In this document: positions 21,576-29,049 of the stretch, one piece after another | How positions within the stretch are numbered: the first letter of the stretch is position 1 | Layout: every line of letters starts with the position of its first letter | Source: an uncultured delta proteobacterium | GTDB lineage: Bacteria > Myxococcota > Kuafuiibacteriia > Kuafuiibacteriales > Kuafuiibacteriaceae | DNA length: 64,000 bases | Direction of reading: 5' to 3' | Assembly: GCA_963803435.1 (NCBI GenBank) | Contig: CAWDML010000001.1 | Span: forward strand, 2,368,001 to 2,432,000 | The notes under the pieces: generated by a model | Seen by the model: the letters and a program-made list of their open reading frames with translations, nothing else | What the model was told of the DNA's origin: nothing | Database searches by the model: none | Made by a program: the position numbers and the translations under genes

Positions 21576-22148
21576 TCAGGTCGGAGTGACGGACGCGAGC
21601 GAGATCATCGCGTCGCGCCGGGTGCCTTCCTTCAGATGGTCCTGGACGATGCGCGCCAGCGTGGCCGCCACCAGTCCGATGAACGGGAGATGCTCGCCGC
21701 CCTCGCAGGTCGCCTGGCCCTCGCGATCCTCGGCGTCCGCCTGGAAGCGCTCGTCCCAGCGGACGATGCCGAAGGTGCCGTCACCGCTGATGGCCGCGTG
21801 CACCAGCGCCTTGTTCGTGCGCCGCGCGTAGCCCGAGAGCAGCTCGCGGCTCTCGCGGTTGTCGAAGCCATCGATCAACAGATCGGCCTTCTCGAGCAGC
21901 TTGTCGGTGTTGTCGGCGGTGAGGCGCACCGGAAAGGACTCCGACTTCACGCCGTAGAAGTTGGCGAGCTGGAGCTTCATGGCGTCGGCCTTGTTCTTGC
22001 CGAGCGAAGCCTTCACGAACGCCTGCGCCATCAGGTTCTTCGACTCGACACGATCGAAGTCGATGAACACCAGCTCGGCGTCGATGCTGCGGAGCAAGAG
22101 CGCGGAGGTGGAGCCGAGGGCACCGACACCGCAGAGGATGATGCGCAT
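21576..22148 (-). CDS. Minimal ThiF/MoeB/E1-like activating enzyme
   Basis: GVGALG nucleotide-binding loop, DFDRVESKNL..Q, GKNKA, IDGFDN; candidate catalytic Cys in QATCEG; no CxxC zinc motifs; RBS AGGAG. Confidence 0.9.
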   Translation of the reverse strand: MRIILCGVGALGSTSALLLRSIDAELVFIDFDRVESKNLMAQAFVKASLGKNKADAMKLQLANFYGVKSESFPVRLTADNTDKLLEKADLLIDGFDNRESRELLSGYARRTNKALVHAAISGDGTFGIVRWDERFQADAEDREGQATCEGGEHLPFIGLVAATLARIVQDHLKEGTRRDAMISLASVTPT

Positions 22149-22159
22149 GACGATGCTCC

Positions 22160-22408
22160 TCAGCAGGCGCCGAACGGGACCTTCGGGCGGAGGTACAGGC
22201 GCTGCCCGCCCTGCGCCGTGGCGAAGCGATCCACCACGTAGTTCGCGAACGCCTCGGCGTCGAGGTTGGCGATGTGGAGGCCCGGGACACCTCCGGAGCG
22301 GACGAGCTCGACGGCGATCCGACGGATGTCCTGATCGCCGACCTCCATCTCGAGCTCGAGCGGAACGTCGGCCGAGAGGCCCTGGTACGTGATGTTGAGC
22401 GTGGCCAT
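22160..22408 (-). CDS. Putative ubiquitin-like (beta-grasp) protein ending LRPKVPFG-AC
   Basis: 82 aa between JAB and E1 genes; N-terminal beta-hairpin, helix and terminal strand LYLRPK; Gly two residues before the stop; RBS GGAGG. Confidence 0.7.
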   Translation of the reverse strand: MATLNITYQGLSADVPLELEMEVGDQDIRRIAVELVRSGGVPGLHIANLDAEAFANYVVDRFATAQGGQRLYLRPKVPFGAC

Positions 22409-22410
22409 GT

Positions 22411-22800
22411 TCATTCCTCCATGCCGGACAGCTGGCGGAGCAGGTCCGCCCACCAGGGCTCCGGATCGATACGGAGCGTCTCGCCGTTCGCGCCCTCGCG
22501 CGCGATCATGCCGGTGGGTGCCACCACGGAGAACCGCAGCGTCCGACCGAGCGCGGGCTCGAGCGCCTCCATCGTGGTCTGATCCTCGTAGGAGAACGCG
22601 AGCGGACCCACGGGATGGCTGTGCGCGATCTCGATGAGCGTCTCCCGCCTGGACCAGATCGCCTCCCAGCGCGCCCGGGAGTCCGGCATCGCGCCTGCGT
22701 CTCCGCTCGCGTCGGCCCAGCAGATGGAGTCATCGCGAGCGATGAGGAAGCAGACTTCGCGCGGGAGAAAGAGAGAGCTGCGTCCGAGTGGAGAAGCCAC
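22411..22800 (-). CDS. JAB/MPN (JAMM) metallopeptidase; start uncertain because it overlaps the short ncRNA
   Basis: REVCF Glu plus HSHP-x5-S-x2-D (HSHPVGPLAFSYED) JAMM signature. Confidence 0.88.
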   Translation of the reverse strand: MASPLGRSSLFLPREVCFLIARDDSICWADASGDAGAMPDSRARWEAIWSRRETLIEIAHSHPVGPLAFSYEDQTTMEALEPALGRTLRFSVVAPTGMIAREGANGETLRIDPEPWWADLLRQLSGMEE

Positions 22801-22848
22801 GAAAATCCAACCTTAGGATGTGCTTGTTGGGCCTCTTCGGCCGGACGC
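22780..22848 (-). ncRNA. Short Y-RNA-like ncRNA (about 69 nt) without the tRNA-like domain
   Basis: 5' GCGTCCGGCCGAAGAGGCCCAACAAGCA is 27/28 identical to the 25.8-kb copy; 3' TTCGTGGCTTCTCCACTCGGACGC pairs with the 5' end; small ATCC/GGAT hairpin; pyrimidine tail. Confidence 0.7.
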
Positions 22849-22855
22849 GGTCGTC

Positions 22856-22886
22856 ATTGTAGAGGCACGGGCCGTACGGGCGTCAA
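22856..22886 (-). promoter_or_regulatory. Sigma70-like promoter of the short ncRNA and JAB-Ubl-E1 genes
   Basis: TTGACG (22886-22881), 19-nt spacer, TACAAT (22861-22856), 7 nt before the RNA stem; the spacer is longer than optimal. Confidence 0.55.
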
Positions 22887-22887
22887 G

Positions 22888-23908
22888 TCAGTCCGGATCC
22901 TCCACCAGATCTCGCTCCCAGTGATACCGGCCCACGGGATCCCGGGCGTCGCGCCGGGCGATGACCAGGCGGTGGCCCTCGATGGCCTCGCGGATCACGC
23001 CGGGCAGGCTCTCCAGTGTGACCCGGTCGTCATGTCCAGCCAGGCAGATGCCCGCGTCGACCACGCGCAGCGTGTCGCGCTCGACGAGCGTGAGAAAGCG
23101 CTCGCCCATGAAGCGATAGGTCACCTCGAGCAAGCCGCCGTCGAGCCGCCGGCTGTCGAGGAGCTGTGCGCCCGCCGAGAGAAGCGCGCGCTCGGCCCGC
23201 TCCTCGACGTCGATCTCTCGCCCCGCCCGGTCGGCCATGATCTCCTGCGTGCGCTGGCGGGCCGCCTGGAACTGCTGCTTCTGAGCGAGCCAGCGCTCGT
23301 GGGCCTGACGCTCGCCGGCGATGCGCGCGAGCTCGGCTTCCGCGATCGCACGTCCGTCGTCGCGATCGGCGATCTCCACGATGCGACCGGCGATCTCCGC
23401 CGGCGACACCGGGACGCCGAGCCGTCGCGACACCTCGCTGACGACCGCGTAGCCGAACGCACCGCGCAGCGTCGCGGGGATACCGCGCTCGCCCGACAGG
23501 GATCTCCCGATCCTCCAGCGCCCGGCGCGCCGACTCCTCGGCCTCCGTGTCGAAGTCGACGCTCTCGAAGATCAACTGTCCACCCGCCCAGCGGCGGGCG
23601 CGAACGAGCGAGAAGCGCGCGGGTTGATCGGCCGGGAGAAAGAAGAGGAGCTCGGCGATCGCCCCGGTCCGAAAGAGACGATCGCCGAGCAGATGCCCGC
23701 GGACCGGCGGCAGCTTCTCGAGCTCCGCCGGCTCCGGCTCGGCGGGTTCGAGCGCACGGGCGTTGCGCCCCCGGATCTCGAAGCGCCACCAGCCGAGCTC
23801 GAGCACGTGCTCGAGGCGGAGCGTCCGGTCGGACGTCTCCAGGAGCCGGCCGCCGAAGTGCGGAAGGATCCGAGTCTCCGTCTTGCCCAGGAATCTTCGG
23901 TAGTCCAT
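22888..23908 (-). CDS. Uncharacterised protein (about 339 aa) with C-terminal DAGICL cysteine motif, candidate E2-like; frameshift near 23507
   Basis: Two ORFs join on removing one G at 23506-23508; C-terminus VVDAGICLAGHDDRVTLESLPGVIREA. Confidence 0.75.
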
Positions 23909-23927
23909 CGCGTGGGGAATCGATCGC

Positions 23928-25697
23928 CTAGGCAGGCTTCTGGAGGATCGGCGTCTTCATCACCTTCTCGACCCACATCGACGGAACCACCGCGATGCCG
24001 CCGGCGATCACCGGCGCGTCGAGCAGGGCCTTCAGCACGCGCGGCACCTGGTACGGATCGTCGAACGAGGACGCCTCAATCTCGCTAAACGGCACCTGGA
24101 GCGCCGCCGCCGCGCCGCGGACCGTCAGGCCTCGGCCCATGCCGGCGACCGCGACGATGAGCGCCATCGCGGCCGGACGGTACCCGAGATCCGTCAGCAC
24201 CTGCGCGAAGGTCTGGCCCGCCTCACCCGCCTCGTCGCCGGCGGCGATCAGGATCAGCTTCGCCTCGGGTCGGATCCGGAGGCCGTCACGATGGAGCGCC
24301 GCCGCGCCCGCGCCGTAGGTCGTGCCACCGCTCGCCCGGAGGTCACGCAGCATGTGCTGCACTGCGAGGCGCGAGGCGGCTTTCGGACGGAGCACGGTTC
24401 CCGACGTGTCGAACGCCGCCACGTGCAGGCGCTCGAGCGGGAAGCCGGCGAGGATCCGCGAGAGCGCCTCCTTCGACTGCTCGATGGCGCCCTCCATCGA
24501 ACCCGACTTGTCGATCAGGAAGATGACCTCGAGGTCGCCGTCCCGCGTGGCCTCGGAGACCGCGACCTTCACCGCATGATCGGCCGCCTCCTCCAGCTTC
24601 TCCTTGAGGGCGCGGCTCTTCACGTTCTTCGCCACGTTGAGCGCCCGCTGATCCGTCGCGGTCCGGATGGCCGCCTCCCAGCGCGCCTTGATCTCCCGAT
24701 CCTCGAGGAGACCGAGCGACTCGAGCGTCGGCGTCATCATCCGCAGGTCGCGATCGGAGAGCGACGGCAGCAGCACCGCCATGATCGCCGGCGTCAGGCC
24801 GACCTCCTTCGGCAGCCGACCCACGGTCTCCTTGTAGCCGAGCTTCTCCTCCACGATGCGGGCGCAGATCTCCTCCTCGGAGAGGCCGTCGAACCGCATG
24901 CTCTTCTTCAGGTTGAGATCCGTCAGACCGATCGTCCGGTGACCGTCGTCCGCCTGGCTCTGCCGCCAGCCGAGGACCTCGAAGAACGCCTGAGTCTGGG
25001 GACGGTAGCCGGCCTTGCGGGCGAGCTTCTTGATAGTCTCCTTGAAGCCGGCCTTCACCAGGCCCTCGAGCATCGGCAGGTTGCTCTCGCGCATCGCCAG
25101 CCACTGCTTGGCCGCGCTCTTCCAGCGACCGAGCGGCGGCTTCTTCGACGCCGGGTCGCCGAAGCCGGCCTTCCGGTTGATCACCGCAATCGCGTCCACC
25201 GCGAGCAGCTCGGCCACGCGCAGCACGCCCTTCGGGTTGAGCATGCGGGTCGAGCCCTTCTGGTAGAAGAGGATCATCGCCTCGCCGACGGCACGGTAGT
25301 CGTCGTCGAGGAACTCGATCGCGCCGTCGTCGCCGCGGATCGGCGCGCCTGCGCGCGGCTGCACCAGCATGAGCGCGCAGGTCGCCACCTTGAGATCGCG
25401 CCAGTCGGTCTCGAGCAGCGCGTAGGACGCGAAGTGCGCCATCAGCTCCGGGTTGAGCTGAAAGAGCTCGAGCAGGCGGGTGTAGAGCTCGACGGCGGCC
25501 GGCACGTGCAGGCCAGGTCGAACGGGCGCCGCGCCCGGGAGCAGCGCCTTCCGGATCGCCTTGGCGGCGACCCAGCGACCGTTGAGATCGACGCCGGGAC
25601 GGTTGTGCCAGAGGTGAGCACCGGAGCGGAGGACCAGGTCGAGCAGGCGCTCGGCCGGACCGCGCTGAGCCTCGGGGATGAGCGGAATGTCAGTCAT
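23928..25697 (-). CDS. Helical N-terminal domain plus vWA protein, probable divergent Ro60/TROVE (Rsr-like) RNA-binding protein
   Basis: 589 aa; C-terminal vWA with MIDAS LIDKSGSM...GGTT...AGDE; basic helical N-terminal 390 aa; directly downstream of a YrlA-type RNA. Confidence 0.75.
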   Translation of the reverse strand: MTDIPLIPEAQRGPAERLLDLVLRSGAHLWHNRPGVDLNGRWVAAKAIRKALLPGAAPVRPGLHVPAAVELYTRLLELFQLNPELMAHFASYALLETDWRDLKVATCALMLVQPRAGAPIRGDDGAIEFLDDDYRAVGEAMILFYQKGSTRMLNPKGVLRVAELLAVDAIAVINRKAGFGDPASKKPPLGRWKSAAKQWLAMRESNLPMLEGLVKAGFKETIKKLARKAGYRPQTQAFFEVLGWRQSQADDGHRTIGLTDLNLKKSMRFDGLSEEEICARIVEEKLGYKETVGRLPKEVGLTPAIMAVLLPSLSDRDLRMMTPTLESLGLLEDREIKARWEAAIRTATDQRALNVAKNVKSRALKEKLEEAADHAVKVAVSEATRDGDLEVIFLIDKSGSMEGAIEQSKEALSRILAGFPLERLHVAAFDTSGTVLRPKAASRLAVQHMLRDLRASGGTTYGAGAAALHRDGLRIRPEAKLILIAAGDEAGEAGQTFAQVLTDLGYRPAAMALIVAVAGMGRGLTVRGAAAALQVPFSEIEASSFDDPYQVPRVLKALLDAPVIAGGIAVVPSMWVEKVMKTPILQKPA

Positions 25698-25709
25698 AGA
25701 AAAAAGGGG

Positions 25710-25850
25710 TGCGTCCGAGTGAGGGAGCCGCGAATGAAACCTGTCGCTCTGTCCACTGAGCTACCGCTCCATAACATGCGGAGCGGGTTGGGATCGAACC
25801 AACGACCTACGGGTGAGCTTTTGCTTGTTGGGCCTCGTCGGCCGGACGCA
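25710..25850 (-). ncRNA. YrlA-type Y RNA with circularly permuted tRNA-like domain
   Basis: Terminal stem TGCGTCCG/CGGACGCA; V-loop AGGTC; T arm GTTGG-TTCGATC-CCAAC (25803-25787); closed 7-bp acceptor stem CCGCTCC/GGAGCGG; TA; D arm GCTC-AGTGGACA-GAGC; followed by CCCC-T6. Confidence 0.9.
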
Positions 25851-25864
25851 AACTGAATTCGCCC

Positions 25865-25892
25865 ACTTTAGGGCGCGCGCGCCGGGCGTCAA
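25865..25892 (-). promoter_or_regulatory. Sigma70-like promoter of the YrlA-type RNA and vWA operon
   Basis: TTGACG (25892-25887), 16-nt spacer, TAAAGT (25870-25865); CTTGACGCCC is shared with the promoter at 22886. Confidence 0.55.
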
Positions 25893-27361
25893 GCGGCCCC
25901 CGAAAGATCGCGCTCCAGCCGGCGCAAGAGACCGTCCGGCTCGGCCACCGCCCACGCCACGATCTCGTCGGCGCGCGCCTGGGTGTCCGCGACCGCGTAC
26001 AGCCGGAGCTGCGGCGCGTTCCCGGACGGTCTGAGGTGCGCGATCTCACCGTTGTCGAAGTAGATGCGGAGCCCGTCGAGGTCCTCCGTGCGGACCACCG
26101 CGCCGAAGCCGTCCTTCGCGGTGAAGTAGCGGCCGATCAACGCGTGATCGAGCCTCGAGAGGATCGTCTTGCTGACCTCGACCGGGAAGTCGTCGAGGAG
26201 CCCGGCGCGCGTGGCCCGCTTCGGAAGATCGTCGAACAGGCCGGAGAGCGGAACGCGGCGCTCCCCGGCGACCAGCAGCGCGGCCAGGATCGGCAGCATC
26301 GCGTCGCGCGTGGGGAGCGCGCGGAGCACGCCGCCACCCACCTCGAAGTCGCTGCCGAGCAGGAAGCCGCCGTTCGCCTCCCAGCCGACGATCGCCTTCT
26401 TGCCGCGACTGCGGGCCGCCGTCATCGCTTCGATTACGAACGGCGATCCGATCCGCGTCTTCTCGAGCTCGATCGCCGGCGTCGAACCGGCGAAGAATCG
26501 ATCCACTGCGTCGCTGGTGCTCACCGGGACCGCGGCGTAGTCGGCGCCGAGCCAGCGGGCCACGATGGCGCCGAGCACGTCGCCGCGGTGGAATCGTCCG
26601 GTCTCGTCGACCACCAGCGGGCGATCGCCGTCGCCGTCGGTCGACACCAGCGCATCACCGCGGCCGCGCTCGACCATCTCACCGTAGCGCCGCTCGTCCT
26701 CGACGCTCACGTCCTCGGTGTCGACCGCGACGAAGGCCTCGCTCCGGCCCTCGGCGATCACCTCGGCGCCCAGCCCCTCGAGGACGCTCGTCAGGAGGTC
26801 GCGGCCAACCGCAGAGTGCTGATAGACGACGATGCGCCGGCTCGCGAGCGGCCGCGCGCGCCCGAACAGCTCCAGATAGCGCGACACGTATGCGTCGGCG
26901 CCCCTCGGATCAATCGGCTCCGCGCTCGACTCCGTACGAATGCGGTCCGGCTCCTTTCGCACCTTCGCGACGGCGGCGAGAATGCCGGCTTCGTCGCTCT
27001 TCAGGATCTCGCCCGTCGGCCGGTAGAACTTCACACCGTTCCGGTCCGCTGGGATGTGACTCCCCGTGATCATGACGCCCGGAATGGCGGAGCCGAACGC
27101 GCGGTACGCCAGCGCCGGCGTGGGGACGCGGCCGAGGTGCACCGGCGTGTGGCCGGCGTCGCGGATCGCCCTCGCCACCGCACGCCCGATCCGGGCGCTG
27201 CTCTCCCGCAGATCCTCGGCGACCGCGACGTGACTCCCACCACGAACCTCGCCGTGCTCGGTCAAATAGCGGAGGAAACCGAGCGTGTTCACATGGACTT
27301 CGAAGTCGGACATGTCGACCACCCGCCCTCGAAGACCGCTCGTACCGAACTTCAGCTCCAC
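25889..27361 (-). CDS. Phosphomannomutase/phosphoglucomutase
   Basis: FGTSGLRG, ITGSHIP phosphoserine loop, STDGDGDR metal loop, WEANGG, HLRPSGNAP. Confidence 0.95.
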   Translation of the reverse strand: MELKFGTSGLRGRVVDMSDFEVHVNTLGFLRYLTEHGEVRGGSHVAVAEDLRESSARIGRAVARAIRDAGHTPVHLGRVPTPALAYRAFGSAIPGVMITGSHIPADRNGVKFYRPTGEILKSDEAGILAAVAKVRKEPDRIRTESSAEPIDPRGADAYVSRYLELFGRARPLASRRIVVYQHSAVGRDLLTSVLEGLGAEVIAEGRSEAFVAVDTEDVSVEDERRYGEMVERGRGDALVSTDGDGDRPLVVDETGRFHRGDVLGAIVARWLGADYAAVPVSTSDAVDRFFAGSTPAIELEKTRIGSPFVIEAMTAARSRGKKAIVGWEANGGFLLGSDFEVGGGVLRALPTRDAMLPILAALLVAGERRVPLSGLFDDLPKRATRAGLLDDFPVEVSKTILSRLDHALIGRYFTAKDGFGAVVRTEDLDGLRIYFDNGEIAHLRPSGNAPQLRLYAVADTQARADEIVAWAVAEPDGLLRRLERDLSGAA

Positions 27362-27426
27362 GAGCGGAAGTTCATCCCTGGGGCACGATGTGCCGTCAAG
27401 CCCGGTGCCGTGATAGCTTCCGCGCG

Positions 27427-29049
27427 ATGATCCGCGAGCGGGGCAAAGGTGTGACCGCGGACGAGGTCGCCCGCACCCTCCAGGCCTTCGCGCGCGCCGC
27501 TGACAGCAAGAAGTCGTACCCGGCGCGCCATGCGGTGGTGGCGCGCGCCATGACGGATCTGACGCAGGCGTTCGACGCGCTCCTCAAGGAGATTCCGGAG
27601 GTGACGTTCGACGTCGGGCAAGACGCGATCACGTTCCAGGGCGAGAAGGTCCTCGAGGGCACGCTCCCCGAGACCTCCATCCCGATGGCGCTGCACCGGG
27701 ACGGGTTGAGACGGATTGGCTTCTCACGGGGTCTGACCGCCGCCGAGCTCGAGGTGGTCGTGTCCGCGACGGCGCAGGGGCTCTCGTTCGCCGGAATGGG
27801 GGAAGACATCGTCTCCACGCTCTGGCGCTACCAGCTCGCGCACGTCTGGTACCTGGGCTCGGCCGAGGCCCTCGACGCCCGACTGCAGGGCGAGCTCGAG
27901 TCGCTGGTCGAGACCCTCGACCCGGGAGGCGATCGGACGCCCAGCACCGAGGCGTTCCAACCAATCAATCGGTACGCGTCCACCCCGGCCTACCGCGACG
28001 AGCTGCTCCGCGAGCTGGTCCTCGAAGACGAGCACACGGTCGCAGGCCGCGCCACGCGCGTGCTCATGCATGCGTGGAGGGAGCCGCGCCGCCCTGAGGA
28101 CATCGAGGGCACCGCCAGCATCCTATTGAAGATGTTCGACGCCGCGCTGGTCGACGACGACGCCCGACTCGCGACCACGATCGCGCGCGCCGTGAAGATG
28201 CTCCCCGACGGGACGGAGCGCGCCGTCACGTGGCTCAAGGAGGCCGGGGCGGAGGCGAGGCTGCGTCGTCTCATCGCGATGCTGGCGGATCAGCCGGCCC
28301 AGCAGGAGGACGTGCTCGGCGTGATCGATGCGATCGGCCGGCCCGCGGTGCCGGCCCTGTTCGCGCTGCTGCCCGCCCTCACGGAGCCGGCACACCGGCG
28401 CGCCGTGTCGGAGCGGATCGTCCGCTACGGCGTCGACGACCTGGGCACGGTCAAGGAGCTGATCAACCGAGATCCGACGTTTCTCGCGCAGGAGGCCATC
28501 TTCATCCTCGGCCGGCTGGCGACGCCCGAAGCGCAGAGCTCGATCCGCGACGCACGCCTCCATCCGAAGCTGCACGTGCGGCTGGCGCTGGTCGAGTCGC
28601 TGCGCCACGTCCCCGCCGAGTTGGCGCTGGCCATCGCGCTGGAGCTGCTGCAGAAGGAGGAGGATCCGAAGGTCCTGGCGGCCACCGCCCGATCCCTCCC
28701 CCGCTACAAGACCAAGGAGACCGCCGACGCGCTCGACACCGCTGCCAACCGGTTGACCGAGCGGCCCCTCCCTTTCGACACCAAGCTGGCGATCTTGATC
28801 AGCTTCGCGGCGGTGAACCCGGGGCGGGCCGTGCCGCTGCTCGCGCGCTACGTGAAGCGCGGCGAAGGCCTCCTCGTCCGCCGAGATGCCGAGGAGCTGG
28901 CGGCGGCGGCGGTGCGTGCGCTCGGCTCGATCCGAGGCCAGCGCACCCACGAGATCGTGGAGAAGGCGTCGCAGTCGAGAAGCAAGCTGGTGAAGGAAGC
29001 CGCCCGCGACGTCCTCCAGCAGGCCCAGGCCCAGGGAGACACGCCGTGA
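27427..29049 (+). CDS. HEAT-repeat-containing protein
   Basis: N-terminal YPARH motif and C-terminal HEAT-like repeats; stop overlaps the next GTG. Confidence 0.75.
   Translation: MIRERGKGVTADEVARTLQAFARAADSKKSYPARHAVVARAMTDLTQAFDALLKEIPEVTFDVGQDAITFQGEKVLEGTLPETSIPMALHRDGLRRIGFSRGLTAAELEVVVSATAQGLSFAGMGEDIVSTLWRYQLAHVWYLGSAEALDARLQGELESLVETLDPGGDRTPSTEAFQPINRYASTPAYRDELLRELVLEDEHTVAGRATRVLMHAWREPRRPEDIEGTASILLKMFDAALVDDDARLATTIARAVKMLPDGTERAVTWLKEAGAEARLRRLIAMLADQPAQQEDVLGVIDAIGRPAVPALFALLPALTEPAHRRAVSERIVRYGVDDLGTVKELINRDPTFLAQEAIFILGRLATPEAQSSIRDARLHPKLHVRLALVESLRHVPAELALAIALELLQKEEDPKVLAATARSLPRYKTKETADALDTAANRLTERPLPFDTKLAILISFAAVNPGRAVPLLARYVKRGEGLLVRRDAEELAAAAVRALGSIRGQRTHEIVEKASQSRSKLVKEAARDVLQQAQAQGDTP

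Noticed and set aside
21576-22408. ThiS/ThiF or MoaD/MoeB cofactor biosynthesis genes
   Set aside because: No thiG, moaE, cysteine synthase or rhodanese nearby, no GG terminus and no zinc motifs in the E1; not strictly excluded.
25741-25810. Canonical tRNA gene or prophage attachment-site tRNA fragment
   Set aside because: The T arm precedes the D arm, the acceptor stem is closed by a loop, and there is no anticodon loop, CCA end or nearby integrase; YrlA-type RNA fits better.
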